Source: Amoebophrya sp. A120 (taxonomy: Eukaryota; Protista; Dinoflagellata). Taken from it: a stretch of 64,000 nt of DNA. A program made the translations under genes and the position numbers. Positions 21,718 through 35,531 of this stretch are shown here, piece after piece. Location of the stretch: assembly GCA_905178155.1 (NCBI GenBank), contig CAJINV010000024.1, positions 75,519-139,518 of the forward strand, given 5' to 3'. The notes beneath the pieces are model-generated. The model had not been told where the DNA came from and ran no database searches. It saw only the letters and a list, made by a program, of their open reading frames with translations. How positions within the stretch are numbered: the stretch's first letter is position 1; every line of letters starts with the position of its first letter.

Positions 21718-24700
21718 TTACGTCGCCTTCTCTTTCCGCGCAAGCGTCATGTGCACGCCGCGCTTTCGGACATCGGCAGACGCGGGCAGTTTTCCGCCGT
21801 AAACCAACGGCGCGACGTAGTGGTGGTAGATGTCTTCCACCACTCCCCGAAACATTTTCAGTGCTCGCTTGCGCATTTTCTCGTCGGGCTTTGGTTCCCC
21901 CTCGTCTACTGCATGCAGCAGCCCGTCCGGCGAGCATGTTTTTGGTCTGTCGATGGACAAACGCGAGAGCCCGGCCACCAAATTGCTCATCTCTCTGGTA
22001 CGGCAGTTGCGGGTGAGTTTTTCATCGACCTCCCACTTATCCCCGGCCCCGCGGCGCTGCACGCAGGCCGCTTCGCCGTGCCCTGGATCTGGGCACAACA
22101 CGACCTGGCGGTGGCCCTCTGGTGAACAGAACTCGGCCTCCAGGACATAATGCTCTCCTTCAACCCGTATCTCGCAGGGTGAGAGCCCGTAGAGCCCCAC
22201 GCCGTTCGTAATGGCGCGCTCGGTTCCCGCATCGGCTGCTTTCCGCTGCACCTCCTCTGTGATTACGTCCACGAGGTGCGACCAGATCCCCGGTTCGCAC
22301 GAGGTAGGGACCACCATCGTCATATTGTGGGACTGCTGAAGATCAGTTTCCGACAAACTGCAGCACGAAGGCTGCCGCTTTCCGAAAGTGGTACAATGGC
22401 GCGCAGCCGCAGCTCCGTTACTGAGGCAGTAGTGCGCCATACTGGATGTGGATGCGGTTTGTGGGCCGTGGTCTTGCTGCACCCGTATGTGGCTTGTCTC
22501 GCTTTCAGGAGTCCGTGCGGCCGAATCGGTACCAAGACTCAGATTTCGCATGGCGGGGTATCGAAATGAAACACCGTTTCCTCTCGCGGAATCATTCAAA
22601 GCCGAATCGGAAAAATTTTTCGGGTCGTGCCTGGTCTGGCTAGATGAACATTCTTCGGAAGATAGAAGTTAATGCAAAAGACAATTCTTGGCCAAAGAAG
22701 TACGATGCACATGCATGTGCAAACAAGAAGGTCTTCAATGCAAAACTAGGTCCAGCAACTTGGTTCACAGAGCCGGCTTTAAAATCCGCGGGAAACAGCA
22801 CACAATTATTTCATTTGAATACGGACCCAAGACCGTGCATTGCGGTAATCTGCGTCTGCGCCATTGCGAACGCGGCGATGACAGCCAGAAGTGCTACAGC
22901 GGCAAGGAACTTTTGCGGCGCCGCCCGTCTTTCCCACAGCCCTGCGAAATTCTGCGCGACCAGGTCTTTGATCTCTTGAAACTGTCCACGCCGAATGATT
23001 TGCGCCGGTGGCTCGTGGGTGATAAGGCACGTTTCTTCCGTCGGAGCAGCTTCCGCGGCCGGGGCTACAGGCAGACCAGGCGCAGGCTCGCTCTGGGTCT
23101 GAGCATCAATGCGAGTGGACAGCCCAGACGAACCTGGGGCAGCTGAATCACTTTGCGTTTCGGCGTCAATACAGTGCGGTGACCCAGGCGCAGCTAGTGC
23201 GAGTTCGCTCTGGGTCTCTGCGTCAATGCCCGTAGCTGTTGGCTCGCTCTGGGTATGTGCATGGACGCAGTGCGGAGCGTGGGTGCGCGAGCGTCGCTGT
23301 ACAACCTCTTCCTTCGGCAGAGGTGGACCTGCAGGCAAGCCATACCGTCCTAGTACGGTGTCCCGTGTCAGGCCGCGTCTTTTTACTTTTTTCTCCCGAA
23401 CGTCGTCGTGCTGACCACGATGTTGCCGCACTGAAAGCCTCCGCTGCCCAGATTCACTGCTTGTGGCGGCCGATCCAGTCCGCGTCGCGCGCGCCGATGG
23501 CCGTCGTGGTGGCGAAGGGGAGCGGGGGGCAGGCAATCCAGCCCGCGTCACGCGCGCCGATGGCCGTGGTGGTGGCGAAGGGGAGCGGGGCCGCCCGGAG
23601 AGCGGGGCCGCCGGGATCGGGAGGCGCAGAGGGGGAAAGGGGAGGCGGACCTTTTCTGGCAGATCGATTAGACGTGAAGACGGGCTGGTCGAGGCCACGC
23701 GACGAGCAGGCAAGTCCTCGTCTGAAGTGCCCGATCTAGGAGTGGACTTCCGAGCGGCCGTTCGGCTACGACGGTACACCGGCCCAGTCCATAGCGACTG
23801 GTCCCGCAAGAGCTGTTGCATCCAGTCCTCAGACCCCGAAGAATCAGCATCACTGCTGTCGCCGTCGTGCCCACCGTCGGAGCGAAAAGGGTGACCACCT
23901 GCAAAGGCATTTTATATCATTGTCACTGCCTCACCACTGCACTATGTTGAATTAGGTCCTACAATCTAATAGCATTTTTCCATCTCGGCCGGGGAACGTG
24001 GTGTACCAACCAGATATTCACGACAAGACACCACGGGCTGGCAGAGATCATGCATTGGTCAATAAACTTCCCACGACATACAACAAAGATCAGCGAAAGT
24101 GTCAGTTCTTACCTCGGCAAAACTGCCCAGGCTTCAGCGGAAAGCGAACCAACTCTAGTTCGGCTTTGTAGACAGGGAAAGGTGGATTTGGATATGGGGC
24201 CTCGTCTTCTGCTCCTGCTTGCTCCTCATCAAAAGGCCTCCACCCGGGCCTCAGGCGCGTCGGCAGAGTGCTCCTCAGCAAAACTTCCACAAGCAATCGC
24301 CCCTGGTCTCGGAAAGCAAAAGTACCGGAGAGGTACTCGTACTCCTTTCCGCGCTGCTCGCGCAAGACTTCTCCCCGCTTCTCTGCTTCAATGACTCGGC
24401 GTAGATCACGTCGCGAGACTTCTTCCCACGAAAGGTCCTGCTCCTGCTGACCGGGAGCTACTTGGTCGCGCAACCTGTCCCACCGTTTCCAAAGTTTCCC
24501 ACGTCTAGGGCCGTTGCTGCCATGCTGGGGTTCACGAACCTCCTCCCACAGCAACACCCGAAAAGCATCTGCCGGTTTGCTTCTCAATATCTTCACGTGG
24601 TCAGACCACGCGGTCATACCACGTGACAAGACCAGGTCTGCCCAAACCTCGCCGCCCGTGCGGTTGGCATGCTGGACGTACCCTTCCAACGCGGCCGCAC

Positions 24701-27700
24701 ACCGCTTCTGCAGGTCCCCTACGGTGTCGTCACGCAGAACTGGAAACGCTCGGGACACCTCCATCATGGGGCCATTCGCATGCAGCTGCGTTTTCAGGGT
24801 CGCGTAGAAAAGCTTGCCGTTTTCTCGATGAGGAAGGTCCAGCCGGACTGTAGATGTTTTCGGAGAAGAAATTATACACATGACGAGTACTATAGGTACA
24901 AACTGATATTTAGTTCCCAGACTCGAGAACGAAATACAATTGGTGCTAGTAATTCTAATTCAAAACATGCCTGTTGTAATGCAAATCTGGCGGCATTTGG
25001 AGATTCGTGAGAACAGAGCAGGAATTATCCACACGTCCAGAAAGAACGCGGATAACGTTTTGGAAACCTTTTATGCAAAAACTTACACAAAACCCAAACA
25101 ATGATGGTACCAGGTGGGGTGCAAACATCTGCCGCGTCTCGAAACGCCTCGTCGATGTATATCGCCGGAAAGACAAAACGCTTCCCTGGAGCTCTGTACG
25201 CATTTTCATACGCCGTCGAGTACATGACGTGGAGCAACCGACAATAGCGACTCTTCTTCTCGTCAAGGGAGGCTGCGTCTCCGGGGAGGTAGGTTTTTTC
25301 CCACTTTTCGATTTCAGCTGCGGGGTTTTAGATCATCATGAAATGTTTATCGAAAAGAATTGAGGCGGCTGCAGCATGGGGCCTGGCCGTCTATGTTGGG
25401 TACCGACCTACTTGCCCAAGCACGAAAACTCAAAAAAAATTGAAGTTGACGTGTCTACAGTGCACGCGGAGCAACTGAAGCAGGGCTACTTGTCAAGGGT
25501 GTCCGAATGCGAGAAAAATGGCGCCTCGCAAAGAAATCTACGCTAATATTTTTTTCCAAAATATATTTATACCGACGCAGGCTGGTATCAGAACCATCTG
25601 TCTGGTTTCCACATAGATGTGCTGGTCTGGGCCCGTGTCGAAACCAAAGATCATCTCGGTGCAGCGGGCGACGCGGTTCTTCCACTCGTCCATCGGAAGT
25701 TCTTGTTGTCACACGGAAAGCTCCCGCCTGACACCACTCATTTCACTTTTGCTGATCGGAGACATTCTTAAATTACACCGCATTCCATCTTCCACAGTGC
25801 TGTGGCGAGGATCAATATATTTATATTCCTAAAGTTTGGTGTTGTTCGCAATGCAAACCCCGTCTCTTTTCCTCATGAGCGCGGCTCTCGGTTGATTAGC
25901 TTTAGCCGTATTATCAGGCGCGTATCATCTTGTACAGCTGCATTCGTTTGGGTATGGGAGTGACAAACAATAGATGGCGTCCCAGCGGGTACATTTTTCC
26001 GTGTGATAAATATGCGAGATAAGCAATTTCCCGGAGCACCTTTGTCGGACTGAATCCTTGGGCGTGGGTGAACCCTCCATTGTGCAAGGGCAAGTCCTGA
26101 AGGCGGGGACCCAGTTTGAAAATCAAGTGTCGCAAAATGTGTTCCGCGTCTATATCGTATCTGCCGCTCCGCCTGCGGATGTGGTTCATAAAGGACAAGA
26201 AAAAATTGTCGTACAGGTTTGTGCCGAGCTCCTGTTGCAGGTGCTCCAAAGATGCGTTGGCTCTAGCGTGCGTCTTCTTCTGTTGTTCCTCGGATTCGGT
26301 ACTAGATGAACTACTGCTAGAACTGGTGGACGCGGAGCCAGAGTCTTCTTCATCACCGGACACCTCCGCAAGCTCCTCTGCGTCGAGCTCATCTGTTTTA
26401 GGCTCTGAAAAGCTAATCTGCACGCTGCTGGCGTCCAATTTCTTTTCAGGAATTTCACGGTAACCCCCGATTGTCAATACGTCCGCTCGCTGCTCCCATT
26501 TTGTTTTGTCTGTAGAGTGTAGCCGAAGCCTGCTACCGCTCCGAACGGAGGGAGGGTCGAGCACCAGCGCCTTCTTCGCCCCGTCGCTTCCGGGCGATTT
26601 TGTTCGAGATCGCCGCGCGGCCCTGCCAGAGTCGCGCTGGCTGACATTACTTAAGGTGGCTTTACTAGCACCACTGCGACCGGAAGACATTCCTGTCCTT
26701 GGCGGGCCTCCCGAACTGCGGCCCGCGGTCCCTGTACTTCCTTGGGCTGCCTTTGGGAAAAGGGAGGCTGGAGGCTTGGTCAGCTGCCCAACCACCATGG
26801 TGGGGGCATTAGCAGTCTCCGCTGGTGTAGTGAGAGCTCGTTCCCGATTAAGAATGTCGGTTGTGCCGGCGAACATTTCTGCGATGCTTCCAATCGTGTC
26901 TCTTTCAGCTGCGACGCGCCCGCCAACATCCTCTGACGCAGGGGATTTCCTCCACGCCAAGATATTTTCAAACACGGCAGCAACGTGCATAGCCACGCCT
27001 CCGCCGATAGTGCCTTGTACACTCTCACCCGCGAGTCGCGCAAGCTGCTGAAGCAGGACACCGGCGACAAAAATTTGTCCGGAAGAAAGCTCTGCCTCGC
27101 AGCGTTTCCAGGTTGCAATCGTCAAAACGCCATCGTTTCTAGCACCGCGGGCAATCAGCGCCAGCTGTTTTCGTATTTCAGCCAATATGTCAGATCATGA
27201 GCAGTACTACTACACGCAAACAATTAGAAAGCCCATGTCCTTGTTTTCCCCATTATATCAACTTGGTGCTTACGAGGAACTAGTGCTGACAACATGGAGA
27301 CATCACCAAACAAAAAATCTCCTAACACTGTAAAACCATAGGCCTACTCCTCGCCTCCGTAGCCATATACATGAGTCTGGGTCTACGATATACTGCGTAA
27401 TTCTGAAAAAAGACGTGCAAAGCTGCAGGCCCGAGAAAATAAAATCGGATGATACCTGGCTCGCATCCTGCTCTTCCTGCTCCTTTGACGACAGTGTCTT
27501 CCCTGCAAATCGGTCCAGCCCACGAACGAACAGGTAGCTGTCCGCGAATAGGAGCCCCAGCCTCGGCGCTGCGTTCGCAACGGCCATTCGGAGGGTTTCT
27601 CCAAAGTCAAGCCTCTGCTGCCTTCGTGTCAGCTGTTCTTTGTTCCACCATCCTACCGCTGATCCAGGTTTATCACTCCCAAGTACCACGACGCCCAAAA

Positions 27701-30249
27701 AGGTGAGCGATGCATTCCCTTCAGGTCCCTGGCGCCGTCCGGCTGTGGTCGATGGCGACGCAACGTCGCGACTACCCGTCCCTGTCCCACCACGGGATGT
27801 CTTTGTTGGAGGCTTTCTTTTCACATCTGCGGGCCCCGGTTTTCTCTTGCCCCCAGGCTGATCACCATCGTCATCATCGCCGGGCGGAAAAAAGTCGCCT
27901 CTGCCATCATTACCACTTCCTGGCGGCGGATGGCCTGTATCGATTGCATAATTGGTATCCATCTTAGCCGTCTTGTCCTGCCGAAGACGAGATTCCATGT
28001 GATGCCATTCATCATAGCATACGTAGATTTACCTCCCGGCAAATAGAAGTCACATTCTTTGCCATTTCTGCCCTACAAGTCCCGTTTATTGCAGGCAGCC
28101 GCAAGTTGATCCTTTGTCTAAATGAAAAGTAGAGTCAAGCTAGAACTACAAGTACCTGGACGCGGCGGCGTGCCAAACCCAAGTCGAAGGCCCAAGTTGG
28201 CGGGCAGAGCAGGGCCGGCTTGGATGCTCAGTGTTTGGAATGCTTCGCTTATCCCACTGTGGATGATGCCCATACTAATTACGTTGCCGGCCAATGTATT
28301 CGTAATAGCTGGCTCGAAGAACGAAAAGTGGTGCATGGTGTTGTTGATTCGAGGATCAGGCTCAGGTGCCGCGATCTGTCCTCCTGGTTGCAGAGAATGC
28401 TCTGCGAGACTCTCAAAGCGCGCTCTTGTAAGACTGCCATTCTCCGGAAGCGGTGTGTATCCCGGAAGCCGATCAGCGTTTTCCTTATACGCACGAAGCG
28501 CGCCGAGCACTGGCCAAAACGCATGTTTAAGTCTGCGGCCCATGAAAACCGGAAAGGTTGGCGCGACAACCAAAAAGTCCGGCTCTCTACCAGCTGTTCG
28601 AGGACGTGTACGGCCACCGCCCCATGTTGAGACACCAAGCTGCACAAACTTTGCGTACGACGCTGTAGCATCAGGACCTGACGTTTTTGTTTTTCGTCAT
28701 TGAGCGCGTGCAGTCGCAACTTCGTACAGTGCCAGACTAGGACGGACCGCGACTTTGAGATCTAGCAGGACAGGACAGGAGTTAGGTGGTGATTGGCGGA
28801 GCCTCTTACTCAGTCCCTCGATAGACAGGAGCGGGCTTACATCTGTTCGCAGCCTGGCACACGACTAGGAAAGAGCAGCGTGGACGCCTCTCTGGCCTGA
28901 ACAAAAGCCGGAACCCTAAACCCGTTTATGTACTGGGTCGTCTTACAAGGACGGTACTTATTCGTGCACAGATATTCAGGACGGTGCTTATTCGTGCAAA
29001 CGAGCGAGCTGCCCATCTTCCAAAAATGACCAACCACCCAGACAAGCGCAACATAGTACTCTCGCGAAATACACAAGATCATAGTTCTACCTGGCATCTC
29101 CCTGCAGTCATTTTTTGCATGGTCCAATTGCGTCCTCACGAAGAAATCGTCGTCGAGCATATCCTTTCCGCGATTTCTCTGGTACACAACTACGCCCTGG
29201 TCGGCGCCACCGCTCGGGCCGTCTTTGCCGACGTACATCACATACATCAAGCGACAATACCGCTCTCTCTTTTTTCTTGCTTGCTCCGCTGGTGAGTCAG
29301 CTTCCGTAAACTCCAACATCTCTGTGCGTTTCCACATTTCAAACTGCCTCGGATCTGCCGCTTGAGCTTCCCCTGTGATGCATTGATGTGTACAGAAAAA
29401 ATCAAAATTCAGAACTATGGGCTCTAGAACCACCAAACAATATCAATATGAATATCGGTGTATTAAAGACCTGCAGATAATTGCTACCGTAGGGAAACGA
29501 CCCGAATAGACGGATTTTTTCCCAGATTTCATGTAACATGATCAGCTTCGTGAAGTTAACAAGATCGCAAAAGATAGAAGCAAGCAGCGCTGGTTGATGT
29601 GACTGTGAATCTGAAAATAAACGTCAACTTGCGCTAAACAATAAAGCTGAAAATCAATTATACGCATGCAGGCAGGGAGCAAAATCATCTGTGGCGATTC
29701 AATGAGAATGCTCTCGTCGAATCTAAAAACCATCTGGTGGCATGTTGTCAGGGCTGCCTTCCATGTCTGATGATCCGATAATCCACGCAAGCGCAGGATG
29801 TGTCGGAGCACCCGTTCCGGTTGCACATCAAGCCCATTGCCCCAAGGAACCAGGGCGTTCTCGATGCTCTGTCCCTGCAGCAACGCCAATTCGCGGCCCA
29901 AGATCTCGAACAAATCGGCCATAACTCTGTCGGATTCAGTAGTAGAGAGGCCCAAGCCATTATGGTTGCGAGAAGCCCGCAGGGTCCCTTTCCTCAGCTC
30001 CTCGAAAGCATTCATGTAGATTTCGCAATTTTCACACTTCCCACAATGATTCCTCCGTGCAGTAAGTCTCCAAGATGATGCCGCGCTGGCCGATCCTCCC
30101 GCGGACTGTGGACCGCTACCATGAGCCGAAGACAGCGCACGCGCAAGTACACAAGTTAGCACCAAAGAAACCAAAATGGAACACACCGATAGGGGCCGCA
30201 AGAGGCCACCAACGGAGGCGCGCCGATGCCGATAACGAGAAGACGTCAT
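21718..30249 (-). CDS. Series of minus-strand ORFs (21718-22599, 22811-23821, 24102-24881, 25914-27185, 27303-27998, 28118-28645, 28837-29436, 29542-30249); probably exons of one or a few hypothetical genes
   Basis: Long same-strand ORFs separated by AT-richer spacers; the first has a signal/TM-like stretch (SVCSILVSLVLTCVLARA); no recognisable domain. Confidence 0.4.
23473..23590. repeat. 63-bp tandem duplication encoding PRSPSPPxRPSARxTR twice
   Basis: ATCCAG(T/C)CCGCGTC...GGCGAAGGGGAGCGGGG starts at 23473 and at 23536. Confidence 0.85.
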
Positions 30250-31499
30250 ATTCCAAACAGGGACGGCTCAACGCGGTCTCACGATGTCTAGATCTACCTG
30301 CTAGTGCTATTTACTTATGGAAACCAGATCCGCAAGGAATAGACAACTACGAAAGCCTATCAAAATCTCGCGAAAGCCAAAGCCTTGGCTGTATTTTTAA
30401 CGAAAACCCTAGCAGCAGTATTGATCAAATTCAAATCTGAAAATAGGTTAATACATTAGATTACCTACCCCGCCTGCGGTTCCGATCAAAAGAAAATACT
30501 GCACAGGGCAGTTGAGGTTGTAAAAACTTTGTTGCTCCTTGAAAATTCCCGGATGATTACTTAGCCATTGATCTTGACGAGACACGCTTCTCCTGCATTG
30601 AAATTTCATAGAAAGACAGGAACTCATCTTTTTGAAAGCCTTTCAATGCATACAGTATGTGAGAACATCCATGTGCTTCGTTCGGATTTCAATTTTCTTC
30701 TAAGATCAATGAGCGTCCGAGATCCGATTGTCTAATATGCAGGGAGACCAGGTCTTCTTGACTAGGGAGCAACAGAATGCGGACTAGACCGCGGGAAATG
30801 CTCTTGCTCATTTTGATCCTCCATTTGCATTTGTGGGAACCAAATACAAGGTAAACGTAAAACCGAATTTCACCTTCAATGGCGTCGGTGGTGGAGTGGC
30901 TCATACATAAATCGATACAGACTCAAAGGAGCGAAGAGTTTGAATTTCAATTTTGGTCTTTTGAGCTAGCGTGACGACGTTATAATCGGAACGTGGATTT
31001 CGGATCCTGAATTTGAAACGAACACTGCTCCAAAGCGGCTGCAACAGTGACCTGAGCCCAGCACAGTCGCTCTGCTTCCTGCAGGCAGTTATCTATATGG
31101 CGCTCCATTAAATAAGCCATACGTGATTCAGGCCGACCCGTGCGATCATACAATGCACTCATTCTGCGTGCGCGCACAACCACTTCCTTTTGAGGAAATC
31201 AATTATGCCCCCTTGGGTGCCATCAACGCTGACGCCAGCCCGGCGGTTGTGGAGCGGAAACAATCGCAATCGAGTAAAATACGTATCTTCAAATAGGCAC
31301 GTCGCTGAGGACGGACGACTTCATCATACGGACTTGTTTTTATTATTTGCAATGCTTAATCTGCGACCAGAGTGAATATCTTTTACAAGAAAAAGTCAAA
31401 TTTTGGCAGGCGCAGGTATACGACCACAATATGAATATTTTACAAAAAAAGTTAGTTCTTGTCAAAAAAAAACGTTCAAAAGGGTGAGCGCTATGGAAA

Positions 31500-33603
31500 T
31501 GAATGGCAGCGGCAGCACCCCAAAATTATCCTACAACAATTGTAAAAGGCCGAGTTTGACCTCTGTGACAAGCTGGCCAAGACCGTAGCTTAAAATTCGT
31601 CATCGATCCTCGTTGGCCGAAACACGAGGTACCTTTCCGGGTTCTCCGCTAGCATCTTTGGGAACGGCTCTGCCCGGCGGCCAGGGCGTTTTTGGTACTT
31701 GAAGATATTTCGAAGGCGCTTTGCGTGGAAACTTCTCCAATCCCACTGAAATTGGTCATAGGACCAGCGCAGGCTCTTTCCATCGGAACCTCTGCGCCAC
31801 TCGCGAGCGAATTGGCGGAACATTTTCCGGAAAAGTGGATACCAATCCTCGTTTAAGGGGTCACGGCTGACAAACAGGTTCCGTCTGTAGTCTTCCTGCA
31901 ACTCCGGACTTAGGCAATAACCTGAAGCAAATTTTTTTTGCTCTGAATGACCCTTACTGCCGCTTAACTTTATGATCACGAGCGCTAAAGAACATTCATA
32001 GAGTGTGTGGATGTAATCGGACTGCAAATAGAGAGCGCTTCACCTATCAATCGCGGGATGCGAGCTGTGCAGCAAAACCCGAATGGCGTAATATGAACAT
32101 GACAGGCACACAAGATTCCACTAGTCGTATGTGTCAAAAAAATACAACACATCAACAGAAACAGAGACAGATTCAAATTGACCACGGTATAAAACAGCCA
32201 TCCACCACACTAGACGTACCATGCTTAATCGGAAAACTCAGCGAACTGTAAAGTCTTGACGAGTTCTGGAAGAGCAGTTCCGTTGCCATACCCAGACGGC
32301 ACCTCGCTTCCAACACGTTGCGGTGTCGCCGATTCCGCGCCATGTTCACAGGCCTCGCAAAGTCCGCAGGGGCCACTGAAGCTGTATCATCCTCCGTCTT
32401 CCCATTGTACTGGAAAAATGCATGGGCCACTGGCGGGTTCCAAATTACAACATTTCGGGTCTTCGTGGCGGATTGTTGACTCTTACTTTGCTTCCGTGGT
32501 TTTCCTCTCACAGAATGTTCGTGGAAAAAATCCAGCACTTCTCGAAAAAACGCTTTGTCGCTTTTGTGACATCCAGTCTTGAGCTTATCAGCGTCATACA
32601 GGGCGGGAATTGTCAGAGAAACACTGCCAGACGTCTCGTACACCGTAGCAGGATTGCACGTTTCTCTCACCATGGTCATGAGAAGTCGTACCTGGGGTAA
32701 GTAATATCCAGTTGATGTCAAAATTAAAGGCCCTTGCTGCCGCCTTCGTTGTGCATATCATCAACAGGCTAATACATTATATCGACGTAGCTTCTGCTTT
32801 TTCTCCTCCTGATACTAGACGCGTAGATCATAACTTGCCGTCAAAATCAAACGTAGAAGCCACGCCAGTATTTGATTTTATATCCTAGTGTGTTTCGAAA
32901 AAAAATGCACCCACGAGCATGACTACAAAGTATCTATCTTTAATACGCTCCAGTCCGTTGCGGCCGGCGCAACCCGTTTCCCGCCCTCTTCTCGCGGTCT
33001 CTCGACCTTTTCTTGGAATTTTTGCAAATAGTCTGCTCCCAAATCAACCGTTGTATTCCAGTACTCGTGGGGCATCTTTTGGCCCACTCTTTCGCGAAGA
33101 ACTTCCAAGTACAGGTCTTCGCAACTGTCCGTGCGGCTTTCAAGGGACCTGCCTTCTTCTTGTTGCGCCTGCGCAGTGGTAGCAATCCTTGCGCCAAGTG
33201 CGTCTGCTTGGGATTTCCCCTTGCTCGTTTGCAGAATCGCGGCTGCATCGCTTGTAGACAAGAAACTGAGAATTCCGTTGTTCTCGTTTAAGAGGCCCGT
33301 ATGCCCAGAAAGTAGCAGACCAGGTTCAATGTCCTTGATGTCGCCTAAAAGGTTTCTTGTGCGGTGTGACGACTCGGCGCTACCCCGGCACGCGCTACCC
33401 GAGTGCGTTCGTCCGCGTTCGCACTGACCTCCTGCTGATGTCTCCACATGACTGCGCGTCCTCCGGGAAGAGGAGGACGAGTTGGCTTGCAGCCTATCTT
33501 TCTTGTGAGTGTTTTCGTCGTGGACTGGAACTGCTCCCACGCAGGTCAACAACCCACATGCCAGGAGGCCCGACGGCCCCACGATTTTGCGTAGGACATT
33601 CAT
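31500..33603 (-). CDS. Secreted-family member 2 (multi-exon; 3' end uncertain)
   Basis: MNVLRKIVGPSGLLACGLLTCVGA signal-like start; SCEDLYLEVLRERV, VRETCNPATVYET and GYCLSP...WYPLFRKMFRQF...QWDWRSFHAKRL exons paralogous to member 1. Confidence 0.65.
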
Positions 33604-35531
33604 TTTCAGTAGTGAGAGTTGCGTCTTCGCGACGTCCACTTCAGGTTCAGACGGGTCGGACACAAATATATCTCAATGCTTCGGAGTGACTTTCTTCTTC
33701 ATACCGGGCAACGTTTTGATGATGTTCTCTAGCAAAATCTTGAGTGAATTCTAACAATCATGACACAACTGAACCAATGACGAAATATGCTATAGCTATT
33801 CTCTTACCAATTTATTAGGTACCATTATTGATTCGCAAATACACATCATTCAATTTGAGACTCAGCTCCACTTAGACGGCAACACGACACACTTCCAAAG
33901 AAAATCAAATTCATCTATTACATCGGATCATACAAAATAATGGGTATCTAAAATATGTATTCTGCAAAAGAAGGATTATACAGGGTTGTGAACTTCTGGA
34001 TTGATCTATGTATGCTATCCAGCTAGGTACAAGCTCAGGCGATTTCCGCTAAAATATGGATTCCTTTCCGTATGCCATAGAAAAATGTCGCTGCTTCCTG
34101 GGGACGTTAAAAATGATGAATTGTTGTGCGGTAATTGTTCAGTGTAGCAAAGAGGCCGCTTCCAAAACTTCAATGATGTTGATCTTTCCTCCGACCGCAC
34201 ATAGCGATTATTCAATTTCAAGAGCTAGTGTTGGTGCCTCAAACAAATTATTTGAACCATCTTGAATTTGGTCTTCGAGCGCGCATTCTGGCGTTCTTTT
34301 TCAAATAACACGCGAAGATCATACAGCTTGCTCATCCATTTGCACCCGCGAGAAAATGAATAGAATCAGGAAGCAAATGCGGCGGCCCCCCTGGAGGCGG
34401 TTGCTATGATCAGTTTCCATCTCTGTGATGAGTCAACTAGTCCTCGTCTACCACGAATCTTACAATATTTTGTGAAAGACAATTCAAGTCTCAATCAAAG
34501 TACTTGCTTGAGAAAGTCCGTATGGATGTGTGTCTGTACGTACTCCTCGTTCTACCATGAATTCTTGTCGCTGCAAAAAGATGATGCTGGTATGATGCAG
34601 CTGCCGTTCCCGTTTCTTGCGCACAAGTAAGCACTATGATGACACAAGTCCTCCCCGTAACACCCACCTCGGCGATGTCAGCTGCAAATACAATTTCTTC
34701 TAGAAAAATCCAAGCGGCTGCAGCACGGAGGCGAACTTTCGTTTGATCTCCTCATCGACACGCGGATTGAAGGACAGCATGCACAAAAAAACTAGCGAAG
34801 ACTCACTGCTTGCTTCTCCGGGCTTTTGGAAAGTTCAGCGGGGTCTGAACCGAATACGAATCGTTTCCGTGGTCGCAGTTACGCATTTGCATAAACGGAA
34901 CATACAAGTGAGGCGGCATCGAGGAAGCACAACCGTAGCATTGATATCTATGAACTTTCCAACTCAGCCCCCAAAGAATGCAAGACGTAAATCTTCGGCA
35001 ACATTTCAAGTCGTAACGTTTCTTCCGTAGTTGGATTCGAACCCGGGGAAACTTGCAACACTGGAGAACCGAAGCGAATCCTGACCCTGCATTACCGGTG
35101 AAGAGTCCATGTAGCGTGCCCAGATCCAAGTCCAGCGGAAGTGCATATAAGACCACTCCGCGCCGTTGCCAGTAGACTCTCGCCGCCAAAAGTCTGCGCG
35201 CTTCTGAAACTCTTCTTGAAAATGATAATGCCAGTGCTGGTGTATAGGAGATATCTGTGGCGGTTCTCGGAGAAGGTCCCGACGACCAGTAAGAAACTTC
35301 GTCTCGTACAGAAAAAGCTCTGGCCATTCCCGGGATGGGAATTCCCTCGGGCGGGGATGCGGATTCAGGCAATAACCTGTCGTTGATATAATTTAAGTAC
35401 TTAAGATTTTAGGCTTTATGTATAATCATGCTGGGACGAAGTCAAGAATATTCACTCAGACTTTTCAACATATTCATTCTGCTGAACCTGGGCGTGATTT
35501 AATAGTGGGCGGTTGATCAGTCTACGTGTGC

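Noticed and set aside
21718-30249. Autonomous transposase for the introners
   Set aside because: No DDE, HUH, tyrosine-recombinase or RT motifs recognised and no introner TIRs flank the block; a profile search is needed to exclude it fully.
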